DNA of 64,000 nucleotides, from positions 3,268,349 through 3,332,348 of the forward strand of contig CM082586.2 in NCBI GenBank assembly GCA_040954595.2, written 5' to 3'. Both the position numbers and the translations under genes were made by a program. Source of the stretch: Balanoglossus misakiensis (Eukaryota > Animalia > Hemichordata). Every line of letters begins with the position of its first letter. The stretch's first letter is position 1. This document shows, in pieces, positions 1-12,800 of this stretch. The notes under the pieces were generated by a model, which made no database searches, was not told the DNA's origin, and worked only from the letters and a program-made list of their open reading frames with translations.

Positions 1-674
1 ACATCAGAGATATGCATAACCTGTTACATGTAGTTTCCATATGACAATCTAAAAACCCACAGGGTTATTTAATTTCATATTACAGATCGATTAGCACTTT
101 CAAATCTGAGAACATACCAGAGAAGGCCCCCTTGGACCCCTAACAGTGCAATTGTGTAACACAAGCTGGGCAGTACTGCCTTTCTAGGCTGACCCGAACT
201 TACTCTATAATCAATTTATACATTGACCTTTCTTCCATGCACAGCTTTTTACTCATCCATTCTTTTTCACATCACATTTCTTTTTGGGAGCAGGATATGA
301 CACATTGTCACATGTGATACTTGTTATAAATCAAGACGGTTGGCCGCCATTGGCCATGGACTCTCCTTACAATCTTCCTCAGGATCCATTTCCTGACATA
401 CATAACAACCTTCATTAAACATGCCACTTTACATCCATTTCGCATTTTTTGTATCTGCTAATCACCGTATCACAATGGCTTTCCCCTTACACTTCAGTTT
501 ACCATCAGTGTGTGATACCACACAGTAATTATGTGCAGACGAGTATGCAGTATAGACACAAAGACTGACTCCGAATATGTTTGTCCGAGTTATATTTACC
601 ACTGAATGGAATTATGATATAGAAATGAACTCTTTGGCCATCCTGGTTTGGTCCAAATTCACTGTTTACAAGTT

Positions 675-767
675 TTAACCCTTTCACTATCATGGTTCAG
701 TCCAAACTCATTGTTTTCTATGGTAAGGTTGGACCTCTAAAGAGGAAACTGGGGGTGAAAGGGTTAA
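675..767. mobile_element. Short non-autonomous piggyBac-like MITE (85 bp plus TTAA target-site duplication)
   Basis: Perfect 13-bp inverted ends TTAACCCTTTCAC (675-687) and GTGAAAGGGTTAA (755-767). TTAA-CCC...GGG-TTAA is the piggyBac end signature. Lies in 14-3-3 intron 1. Confidence 0.7.
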
Positions 768-3003
768 GAGGGAAACGGGGTTACCCTGAATTGAGTTGCA
801 TAGAAGCATTACACTGTAATAAACTGAACTCTTTCATTGTATCAGACTGCATTATGGCGTTGCATCTGGAAAGTAGAATTTACATGCACAATGAGTGTTA
901 CTATATTTACCACTATTCAATGTCATAAATTTATATTCCCTCTTCTCTATATCCAGACTTAACATCGAGTACATTTACGTTCAAACCATTTAGAAGGATT
1001 TCTGCCGGTACTACCACATTCATTCCATTACATGTATGGAACCCATTTCCACAGTCAAGGATCTGTGGGGGTCACAAACCTATGCAAATTTATTATTTAA
1101 GAAAAGAACATAAGACAAGAGAAAATTTTACCAACACTGCATGTATTGTACATTGAATTTGAAAGACTGTTTCTGATATAAACGAATCTACACCAGTAAA
1201 TTTGAATATTCATTACAATATGAATATTTCATTGTTCCAGTATAAAATATGGGTGTATTTCCCTAAGGGTTTTTATAATCAAATACGTCAAATTGATGAA
1301 ATAGACTGTGGAGTCTTTGGAGTGGGGTACTATAATAGGATGAATATGGTACACAAACATGTATCATGATGGACATTACATCTAATACACTATCTATAAT
1401 TGATTATGTACAATTTCCTGATCTTTAAATTCTGACTGTGATCGACCATTATCTAGAGCTTAAAAGCCTGAAAAGCATTACAGCAAATAAGTAAAGATGG
1501 ATGAAGTTTTAATAATTATTTATACAGCAAGATAGCGCACGGGAAGGATTTTGTATCTCATTATGTGACCATCAGATACAATATTGACCAATGCCTCTGA
1601 TCACATGCTGCTCATGTTATTAAAATTAAACTCAATCTGGCAACGATAAAAAATGGGCTCAGCGTCAGAAAATATCTTGCCATTATAGCATAAAAAAGAG
1701 GTATAGCTAAATGACAGAGAAAATGCCATGAAAGTCCTTAAATTAGATGATAAAAAAAGCCTTACTATCTACCCTGCCTTGTCCATTTTTCATCCAACAG
1801 GAAGAGACCGTTTACAGTGTATCTTATCGTAGCATTGCATTAGACACAAGAAGTATTAAAAATGCAGGAGATGACCTCTGCAGTCTGACTTCACAGGATT
1901 CTGACATGATTAATTCTCATGAAGTCAGCATAGAACTGCACAAAAAAGAACTTCGTTTCGGATCATATCGAAAAAAATATCTACTGGCATACGTAAAACA
2001 CCATATATATATTCTGAATACAGAGTTCTTTCACCAAATTCGGATGTACATGTAGTCCATGCATCACACTTCAATCAGCTTTTCTAAAACAGAATCATGG
2101 CATTCTGAGAGTACTGTCTTTTTGACCAAACATTAAAAATAAGCTCATGATAAGATCGAGTTTGGTTTCAGCATATCCTGAATTTCAATGCATTTCCAAT
2201 GTATTTGTACACAGAACCCATAAATGAAAGAGAACAGAATGCCTACTGCAAACTGCCAGAGTACCAATTCCTGTTTGCCCTTGACCAACGGACACAGGGA
2301 TATGTGGGCCTGGGTGGTTCAATCAAGTGTAAATTGGACAATAGTGGCTTGTATTTTAAAACTGGTAATGTGAAACTTGTACTCGGGCCTCTTTTACTTT
2401 TTCATTCATGTTTCATGGGAGCATAATGCATAATTTATGAAAACCGTTTGAATCTTGCCACTACAGAATACAAGTCATGTCATGAATGGTTGGCAAGAAT
2501 GCATTTTTAATGGGCCTTCTTTTGCTCCGTATTCAACTTCCCGGTGAGGTTCAGTCCAAAATTTTAAAAGTGCAGATGAATTGGCATAAAGGCAACAAGA
2601 TGTTCTGTTTTGATGCAGCACTATCTGAGTAATCCACACACATGTACTAGTTTTACACGGTAACGCGATGCATATCACAGGCCTTTGTTGGGTCAAGGGT
2701 CGTGACCTCGACATTTTGGATTCAGCAAACGACGGGAAAATAGAAACGGAAAACTACGCCATTTTACTCAACTGCAGCCAGTTTTGGGGCGCAAAAAATC
2801 CACCGAAAGATGTGTTAATAATCGAGGTTAAATTATTAGGGGTCAAATTATACTGTCGTGATGTGTTTTGACCATTTTATGGAGCGAGAAAAATATCAAA
2901 ACTGATCAACTGTCGGTTGTCGTCGACATGGCGGCTGTCACTACGCTACGATGTCGAATAGTTGTATGGCCGCCAAAACGATCAATGTATTTTAATTACT
3001 AAC

Positions 3004-3300
3004 CTGAACTTCGTTGCACAATTTTTGAAGCTCCGATTCAATTTTCAACCTGTACTCTTTGGCATTCTGTTTTTTGCTTTCGACATCAGTCTTCTGCTCG
3101 ATGCTAGAAATTACCCTCCAAGAAGAACGCCTGGCCCCGACCACATTTTTGTAGGCCACTGACAGCAGGTTGCGTTCCTCCCGACTGAGCTCCATTTCCG
3201 ACTTTTCGGTCACCTCTTTCATCAACCGGGCCATGTCATCGTAACGCTCGGCCTGCTCGGAAAGCCTGGCTTCGTCAATCATACTCTGTAGCGACGACAT
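3004..3300 (-). CDS. 14-3-3: 14-3-3 protein, first coding exon (gene continues beyond the left edge of the window)
   Basis: Translation [23 protein letters not shown]...[30 protein letters not shown]...LCNEVQ contains the 14-3-3 signature motifs. 297 nt ending at donor CAG|GTTAGT (phase 0). No second exon was recognised in 1-3003. Confidence 0.95.
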
Positions 3301-4094
3301 TGTGTAGGTTAAAATTCACACGAACAGAAAACCAGGCTATCTCGGAATGAAATTGTTTCAAGGGTCGATAAACGGCCTACCGGGCACTCCCAAAACACGT
3401 ACATACACGACACAGTACGGACAACATTGGATATCAATCCGCAAAAATGGAGGAAACCCCCACATTGTATGCCTGCTTTGGGACTATAATCGTATTTAAC
3501 ATTAATTATTTAGGTATTATGATGAAAATTTCACCAAACCGTTATCGCAGTCGGCGAACGGAACAAAACGCGACGAATTTAAGGATTATTTTCTTTCAGC
3601 GGATTGAAATTTTTTGTGAATGAGCAGTGGTTAATTCATAGGTTTACCTCGGGTGACGTCATCACAGTTACTATAGTAGGGAAGTGTCCAGGGAGACCAC
3701 CTGTACTGTGTGTATGTCAGTGTGTGGTAAAGCTGGAAAATCGGTGTCGGGATCGTTCAGAAATCAGCCAGCCTTGTGAATTCCCGTAGCCCGGAACGAA
3801 GGGATTGCATTGTGACCAGTTTTCTGTATTTCCACGGGCACTTACAGTAATTATTGTGGCAGGAATTGTTCTGAATGGCGCCCTCGGCGTCCATAGTGTG
3901 GACTACCTTCTTTCACAATTTAACTTTATGGGTGGACTATATATGCAATTAGCTAAAGTAAAATACAAAACAACAGGTGAAAAACTCAGAAACCACAAGT
4001 TAGATTGCTTTCATATTGATATAAAGTTATGTATTTCTTGTATCAAACATAATTAATGGGAAAAGGGCAGCGAGAGAGAGACTTTGTTCCTTTA

Positions 4095-4246
4095 ATGTCA
4101 ATTCCCATCTGTTGTTTCATTCTTCATTGTCAAATGCTTATACTTGTCATTGTCAAATGCATCAAACCCAATCTCTGGTATGTCCCGTTTGGTCGAATTT
4201 TGTTTTTATGGAAATCAAATGTCACAGTCCAATGGAGCCACTTTCT
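4095..4246 (-). pseudogene. Orphan duplicate of the last coding exon and 3'UTR of the solute-binding-protein gene (original at 9727-9915)
   Basis: Near-identical to 9727-9915 apart from a ~44-bp deletion. Minus strand reads KVAPLDCDI* versus NVAPLDCDI*. The splice acceptor is lost (CTG instead of CAG) and no upstream exons are seen. Confidence 0.75.
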
Positions 4247-4752
4247 CAGCTTAGTAGCCTGCCTACACCGATCAGTCTTTGGCCCTTGGCCTACCGGCAA
4301 ATTGATGGTTTTATTATTTTACTATTATAAACTTTGAATTGCCTCTCAAATAAACGATGTTATCTGGAAAGCAATAACTTGGAGTTATATATGAATACAT
4401 GCGGTGATTTGTGGAACTGAAGTGGGGGTATAAATTAAAGCACTTTATGGAATGACCTTGATAAAAAGTAAGCATGGCCTACTCATGTTGAACCTGATTT
4501 TTCAGGCACGACCGATAGACACACACGTGATATCGGATCAAGGTTATTTCAACCCACAATCCCTCCACGCAGTACTGATCGGCATATCATACCTCCTCCC
4601 GACCTTGCCCTGGTCGCGATCCCATCATGCAACATCCTGAAACACATCGCTTTGACCGACCTTCAGTTTTTCACCCTAAAACCATAAATAAGAAAATGCA
4701 TGGCGCATTTGGTACGTGCAGTTAACCAACTTTAGTTTTATAATTTATAAGT

Positions 4753-4882
4753 TTAGGGACCTTACATTTCTAAGGACATGGGGTGGGCCGGAGAAGTCGG
4801 GCACTTCGCTCACTTGTCCTAGTGGGACCGACCCAAATTTTATCCGACCCACCCTCATCATAAATAAATGAAAGCTCCCTTA
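4753..4882. mobile_element. Degenerate PIF/Harbinger-like MITE upstream of the laccase gene
   Basis: Ends TTA-GGGACCTTACATTT...GGGGTGGG and CCCACCCTCATC...AAATGAAAGCTCCC-TTA form imperfect ~33-bp terminal inverted repeats with a TTA duplication. Confidence 0.5.
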
Positions 4883-5033
4883 GGATTTTCGCAAACTTGT
4901 CTTCGTTCAACAAGATTCTTCCGAGTCGGACACAAGTATAGTTTACTACCTGTTAATCATATCGGTGCTTCCTTAAATTCGAGGTATCCAGCAAAAACCT
5001 TGACAAAGTCATTATAGAATTCTCGCTGCTGCG

Positions 5034-8000
5034 ATGTTCAAGTTGTTAGTTCTTGCTCTGGCCTTTTTGACGGTGGATTGTCGGCGCGCCACCCCGAACG
5101 GAGACTGTCGAATGAAGGACTCGTATCAGATATGTACCTACGATTGGGTACTAACACACAAGGAGACAATGGTCCTTTACGACGAAACGACAGGAGTCGC
5201 GATCGGTACTCCCGTTGTCGTGAGAAACGAGACTTTCTACAAGCGTTCCAACGACCAGTGTGATGGCTTGATAGAAATGAAACCAGACGGTATGTCTTCT
5301 TCTGATAAAAGTTTTGCCTAAAACCCAACCGGGCGACACAGTTTCCTTCCATATGCCTACCATTTGATGTGTTCGCGAATTTAGTGCGGGGTCTTCTTTG
5401 CGTGTTTTGGTACCGTGCGCCCCGTAAGACAAGTTGATTATATGCCGTTTGGATGGTTATGGCCACGCAGACTTCAGAACTACGAACCAGCAGGACCGAA
5501 CATGTCTTGCTGGTAACACACTTGAAGTCAGCATGGTTGTTTGGTCAAATCACCGGGAACACATATATCATGTCGTCCATAATTCTCGTTCACTTCACAG
5601 ACCACAGGTGCCTGCGCATATGCTGATATCGAACGGCCTCCATAGCCTCTATCAGGCCCAGAAGGCCGTTTGATAACAACATTCGCGAGCACCTGACAGT
5701 AAGTGCCTTTACCTTCCAGAGATTGATTCTGTTCTGACGGTTGACGGGTCACATGGTAAAGCTCTAGTGATTAATGGTCAGTTTCCCGGACCTCCAATAA
5801 TCGTCGAAGAAGGAACTCGGGTATGCTCTAGAATTTAATTATCCTGTTTATCAGCTGCATTCGAGAACTAATGACACATCCCTTTCTCATATCTACGCTG
5901 TGCTACTGAAAGTTTGTCGGCTCCAATCAAAAGAGGGAAGGTAAACCTCCATTCACAGAAACATATGATTGGTTGAAGATAGGGTTGGGCCTACTCTGAT
6001 TGGCCATTATCTACTTCTTCACCTTGTATTACCAGGTTGTTGTTCGAGTTAAGAATCACTTGCTTGGAGAAGGCATATCGATTCATTGGCATGGCATGTT
6101 TCAGCGAGGGACCCCCTGGATGGACGGCGTTGCATCGATCTCCCATTGTCCCATCAACCCAGGAGAGAGTTTCACATACCGGTAATGACTGCTTTGACTA
6201 TGACATTTCTACTCCGAAGAAAGATATTGGGCTGTGTAACTGGATGTATACAATTATCTATCTATGTATCTCTTTGTCAGCTTCCTGGCGACTCCCGCAG
6301 GCACTCACTGGTATCACTCGCACGCTGGAGTTCAACGGACTGATGGAGTGTATGGTGCCTTGATAGTGTTAGAAAAAGATGATGAGAAATACAAGGGCAA
6401 AAGGGTAAAGATCATTAGTGTCCCTAAAGCTACGTTTGTGTCACTACTTTTGTACACATTTATCGACAACATATCGAATAACTGGCATCTTATCCGAATA
6501 TTTAACGAAGCTTATCACGACAATTCTTACTCTCTCTAGAAACACCACCACAAAGGTTCAGAGTTCAAATTCGAAGAAGACTTTCTGTTTCTCGTACAAG
6601 ATTACATGGGGGAACCGTCCCTTGACACCAGCATTCGCTTATTGTCCTTCACTGCAAGGTGGGTGGCGAGATTCTACCTGACTTTGAAATGGAAATTCCG
6701 CTGCCAAACACCAAGAAATACGGCTGTTATCTAAGAAAAAGTGACAAGTTAATCACGTTTATCTTTTGCTGTAAAGTATAAATGGACCATCATGTTTTGA
6801 CATTAAATGCGATGATCAAAACATTCACGTCATCTTCCTATTTCCAGGTTTGCCCCAGGGTACGACAACACCGATCAGTGTTTTTATCAGGCGGCTCAAA
6901 TAGACGGCGCAGAAGCTGGAACGACTCCGTTTAATTCTGGGCTCATCAATGGAAAGGGTAAGATCAATGTGTACATCCGTTAAAGGGCGACGATCGTCTT
7001 ATGCGCATGTGCCAAGCCAGAGACTCACTAGGTTACAAAAATTGTATACAGTCAATGCCAAAGGGCAGCGTACTGTCCTAATAGCAGAAAAGATAGTGGC
7101 GACCATTGAATGTATCGGAGATCGGGACAAGACAGCAAAAGGAAGGGAAAAAAACTGAAGTTCACAGTAACTTCGTATCTTCACACTTGCAGGCTGGCAC
7201 TACCTTTCACACGAACGTCCCGAAAACAAGGTCATCCCTGTGGAAGTTTTCAAAGTACAGCACGGACTCTTCTATCGTTTTCGACTCATCAACGCCGGCT
7301 CGATCCACGCTTTCCGTGTTTCCATCGATGGCCACCACCTTCACGTGATCTCCACAGACGGAAATGACGTCACACCTCGTAAAATCCAGTCCATTGTTGT
7401 GCACACTGGCGAGCGCTGTGACTTCTACATCAAAGCATCCGAACCTGTATCGAATTATTGGATACGGGCCGAAACACTAGAAACAACCAATGTTCTCGGT
7501 GTAAGCAAACATGAAATCAAGCAGTCAACCAATCAGTGACGCATCATCGATAATGAGTAGCGTACTAAGCACTTTATCAAAATAGTATTTACAACTCACA
7601 CCATAAACACATCAATTCCCCGTTCATTATTTTTCAGGAAACGGTCACACCTGGACTAGTATCTGCGATTCTGAGATATGATGAAGCGCCCCAAACCTAT
7701 CCTCTGAGCAAACGCAGACGTTGCGAAGTGGCCTGTGATGTGCTAAACTGTCCTTTCGGGTGAGGAACTACTTTGAAGTAGGATAGCAGCACATAATTGT
7801 GCTGTGTTTCTTAAAATGTAGGGTGTCCCCAGACACTCAGCTTTTGCATGCTTCCAAACATGCCAAAGTTTCCCTACCGCTCCACCACCACCACCACCAC
7901 CACCACCACCAACAACAACGACAACAACAACAACAGCTGATAGTTTGTCAATATTCTTCTCCGACAGTCTTGAGGACACGACTGGCTTCAATTGTATTCC

Positions 8001-9541
8001 CGTGTCGAGCCTCAATTCAACTTACCACGGACAAGTCCCCAAGAATTCAAGCGGTCGTGGATTTCAAGAACACTTCCTTCATTTCAATTTCTTCGGCAGA
8101 GAAGTGACAAAATCGGCCATCAATGGCCGATGGTTTATTCTACCGTATGCTCCACCCGCAGTAAGTCTCCCTAGAAAAAATGGACGATACTCTTTCAAAA
8201 CTAACTCTGTCTGCTACATATGGCCAGAAAGACCGGTTTTAGCAAACGTACACTGTATACTACACGAACCGGATTTCGCAAAAATAACCATTTTGTACGA
8301 TACTTCTGCAGACTCGCCCAAGCACAAATCACTCGGACTTCATGGTCCCCTGCGATGACGATGAATGTGATAAGGACAAGTGTGAATGCACGTATTTCTT
8401 AGACCTGAAACTCGGCAACGTCGTTCAACTGGTACTATTCAATATACGCCCCGGTAAGTTTTATACTCTTTCAAGAGAAACACGTGGTCTATAGAGGGTA
8501 CGGACCACTGACAAGACAACATGTGAGGAATAATATTTACATCATCGTTCGAATATAACTATATTCAAAGTTGATGTTTTTTTCCACAATCTGACCAAAA
8601 TTTTGTTTTCCCAGATAACCCTACTTACGGATCCCCCCATCCAATTCATTTGCACGGGCACCACTTCTACGTATTGAAGACAGGTTACCCACTATATAAC
8701 ACCACTACCGGTAAATCCGTTAGTAATTCACCTGATATAGACTGTGGTGGCAGTGTTCAATGCAACGTGGGCAAGTGGGCAAATGATAGCTGGGGCGGAG
8801 ACAACATACCTGGCCTAAACCTTGACAACCCACCACTTAAGGATACCGTAACTGTTCCTGTTGGTGGCTACGTTGTGATACGATTTTTAGCTGATAACGT
8901 TGGTATGTACACCATCTTTTCATTTCGCAGTCAGGTAGTTTGATACATTCTGCAGTAGTCTGTTTGAGTCATTTTGTTCTGGAAAAGGGTGAACCCTGGC
9001 CAATTGTCGGGGAGGGGGGGTGTTGCCCGGGGCAGCTGTCCAGATATTCTTATGCCCAATTATTTTCCAGGTTGGTGGTTCCTTCACTGCCACATCGAAA
9101 TACACCAGATAGAAGGCATGGCCCTATTGTTGAAGGTAGGTGACGCTGACATGATGCCTCGACCCCCAAAAGGATTCAAAATGTGTGGCAACTTTGATTG
9201 GTCAGCGGAGGACTTCGAAGACGCCATTTCTTCCCGCGGTGAGTTGTTTGATGTTGAACCTCATAAATTGAACGACACACGCTGACAGTCGAATCGTTGA
9301 ACCAACGCCGGAAATGACAACGTTACTAAATGTAGAGATTCTCAATTTAGACCTTTCAGGTGATGCATTCTCAGACTCAGGTAATATGGCCGCCGGCGGA
9401 GTGACACAAAGTGAGCAGTCTCATGTAGGTGGTGATGGTCCAAACATCGATGAGGGCGTCTACTCTGAAAAGACTGACGGAATGCACGGAAACAGTCAGA
9501 AGACTCAAGTGCAGGTTGATGGCGCTGAGGGAGCCCCTTAA
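5034..9541 (+). CDS. Secreted laccase-like multicopper oxidase, 13 exons, ~752 aa
   Basis: Exons 5034-5289, 5720-5820, 6036-6181, 6281-6404, 6540-6658, 6848-6957, 7193-7500, 7638-7759, 7968-8160, 8312-8453, 8615-8902, 9071-9238, 9360-9541 join in frame with GT-AG introns (2259 nt). Signal peptide MFKLLVLALAFLTVDC. All four Cu motifs are intact: HWHG, WYHSH, HPIHLHGH, HCHIEIHQIEGM (axial Met). AATAAA at 9621-9626. Confidence 0.93.
7882..7934. repeat. (CAC)n(CAA)n microsatellite in laccase intron 8
   Basis: Trinucleotide tract lying between donor 7760 and acceptor 7967. Confidence 0.85.
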
Positions 9542-9883
9542 TTACCCAACCAAACTCTTCTGTTTGTAACCACGCCCCATTTGAGTGGTCACTTGTATCG
9601 ATAAAGCTATAGTAACTGGAAATAAAGTTGGAGTTGCTTAATATTACCACAGAACACATGTCTCCCTTACATACAATTACAACTACAAGACCCCTGTCTG
9701 CAGGGTAGAAAATTAAGGTATTAATCATGTCAATTCCATCTGGAGTTTCATTCTTCCCTATCATACTGGTAGCAGCACCTCTTCTTTTAAAATACTTGTC
9801 AAATGCTTATACTTGTCATTGTCAAATGCATCAAACCCAATCTCTGGTATGCCCCGATTGGTCGAAGTTTGTTTTGATGGAAA

Positions 9884-12800
9884 TCAAATGTCACAGTCTA
9901 ACGGAGCCACATTCTCTGCAAACAAAAGAAAGAAACTAAACTAAGCTTAAGTTGGGGCATGAACGTTTGTGGTGACATATACTGTACCCGTACACGTGTG
10001 CGATATATTTTTGACATTTTCAGTATTTTTACATGTATTTAAGTACTAGTATGTTGAAATCCGGAGTATTCAGGTTTTGTTGTACGGTCGGATGATACAT
10101 ACGAGATGGTAATGCCATTGATGCCATAGCAACTGGCGTATACGTATACCGTACGTCATTGTTCTCACCAGGAGTATTGTCGAAGTTGTTGAAACCACTA
10201 ACCGTATTTGCGACGTGCAGCCATGCACAGGGCTGCGTACTTTCCGCTCTTCTTCATCTTGCTCAGGGCCTCGTTGAACCACTCCGTTATGGGATTGTCC
10301 TTCCTCGAGGCGACGCTGACGCCCTCGGAACAGGAAAGGGTGTCGCCGATCGGTACGTAGCCTTCCGGTACACCGCTGAGGAGTTCAAATCGCCGTTCGC
10401 CGTCCTCTCCCCAGACCGGAAGTTCGAGTCCAAAAACCGCATCAACGTCCTTGTTCGAAAAGAATACAACGCAGTGTCAGTGTCTTGTGGTGGTCACATG
10501 ACCAAACTGAGAATACATGGCTTTTGATTTGGTGGTGGTTTTACCGTGTGGAAGGTCAGACTAGATGATCACTCACTCATTTATTCATTCATTCATTCAC
10601 TCGCTCACTCATTCTTTCAGTTACTCACTCACTCACTCACTCACTCATTCATTAACTCACTCACTCATTGATTCACTCACTCACTCACTCACTCACTCAT
10701 TCATTCACGGGTCAACGGTCTGAGTGTGAACTGTGCCTCATACCTGGTGTTTCTCCAAATACTTAGGTAGCGCTGAATATTCCAAGAGAATGTAGTCGTG
10801 GAGATGAATACCGGAACCAGTCACATTGTTCTTCGCGAGGCACCGGAAGTTGCTTTGGAAACCCTTCAGATACACTGGACATTTGGAAAGAAATTTATCC
10901 TTTAAATCACACATCTGATAATGATAAGGGTGTTCGTTTTAACGAATGTCTGTCCCATCATGATATCCAAGTAGCCCAAAATAAAAAAATGACATACCTA
11001 TTTTCTTCCTTGTGATGTCTTTCGGGTCAAAGTGTTTAGGGTTTTCCGTTTTAACATAGAAGCGAGAGTTTCCAGAATACTTGTAGAATGATTCAGTAAA
11101 TGCGAAAATGTTGTCCAGTTCATCGGTTCTTGTAAGAAAACACGCGTCACCTGTTCCACCAAGTATTCCTAGTGTACAGTTACAAAAATTGTAGTGAAAC
11201 GTTTGGGGTGAGAGGGTGGGGTTTTAACGTTGTGCTAGGGGGTCAAATAATTGCATTGTTGGTAAAAGGTCGACAGCTCGTTGTGATAGGGTTTGAAGAG
11301 ATGACATGTAACCTGTAGTGTATTTCATGATGTCTTCTTTCTTTCTTAAAGCCGGTCTTGTAGTTAGCTTATATAACTCGTGCAAATTTTTTCCATTATG
11401 TATTTTATCAGCTCTTAATTTCCAACTAATAGTTTCAAACATTTACCTTTTCCCCCTTCAAGGGCACCACTTCTATCGGAGGTCAAGCATTTTCTAAATA
11501 GCTCATTCTCCAGTCTGCATTTTTTACCCGCTTCTTTGCACACTTTATAACAAAAGAGAACAGAAGTTGAAAGTCGACAACGGACGATAATACCACAGAC
11601 TTTGAAATGTTACAGTATAAAAATAAGTCAAATAGGTCCAAATTACCTCCTCCAATAAGATCCGCAAAGTAACCTTGAAATGAACCATCTTCATCTCTGC
11701 AATCCCGAAAGCGAAAGGTTGTTGTCATATTCAACACTAATTAATAAACACTTGAGGGTAGATTTGTAACAGTCAATACATCTTTTTTTTTGGTGTGTAA
11801 TTTTTGTGGTGAAGATATTTTTGTGTATACAAAATAGTCCCATATAACACGCGTTCTAAGCAACCCAAGTAAACGTTCTAGTTGCATTTGAAGTAGTAGC
11901 CTATGTATCAATTTAATCTGTTATGGATATACTCACATATAATGAAAAATATAGTTAGGCACAGGTTCGGCGAGAAACGTGTAGACTCTGTCATCTTTCT
12001 CTTGCAACTGGACATCACGAATAGCCTTCGTCAGTGTATCCTCGAGGACGTGCAAAAACAGCAACATATGTGCCAGGTGGTCTTGTCGGTAATTTGCCAT
12101 TCTGAGGGTTGCTAAGGCTAGGCCGTCACCCAAATCCAGCTGTTACAAGTTGGCAATAAGGGTACGGTTGTTGTTTTTAGTTTGACATTTTGCCATAACG
12201 TGTAATAAATTGCGATGTTTTTCCTGAGCTGGGGGTCACTACTGGTGGACAGCACTGACCCCCGCCCGAGATTATCTTGACTGTCTGAACGTATTTGCAG
12301 GAGACTGACTGAGTTTTATTTCTATTTCATATGTTAGCCAAGTTTTCAACCAAATCCTCACTAGATACTCGAACGACTTACATCAGTTACATAGCGTGTC
12401 ATCATCGCACGCACTGTCGACATGGGAACGGTGTGTGACGTCAGAGCCCGAAACACCGGCAGGAGACCTGGACGGCCAGCAAAATCATCCAGACCAACAT
12501 CAAATACATTAATGTTGTCAATCATCGGGTTGCGATAAGACATTCCTCCTAAAATTTGTGCGTGTGTGTGTGCGTGTGCATGTTTGAAAGAGAGAGAGAG
12601 ACAGACAGACACAGACACACAGAGAGGGTACGTCATTAAAATGTGTAGTTATGCATTGCTCCATTGAGCCCACACGCACCGTCTAAAGGTATATCAATAC
12701 AATTACCGGTACTTGTTCAACAACTTGAGACGATATATATCCCAGTAGTCATACCGATACAAACTACGCGCCGTTTCGCAAAAAGTGAACATACTTGCGC

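Noticed and set aside
7799-8107. Poly-His/poly-Gln ORF inside the laccase, tempting as a metal-binding insert
   Set aside because: It is out of frame with the downstream laccase sequence. The acceptor at 7967 gives the expected NCPFG..NCIPV, so the tract is an intronic microsatellite.
9342-9764. 140-aa minus-strand ORF overlapping the laccase last exon
   Set aside because: It lies downstream of the SBP stop, has no recognisable motifs, and is partly the antisense shadow of a real exon.
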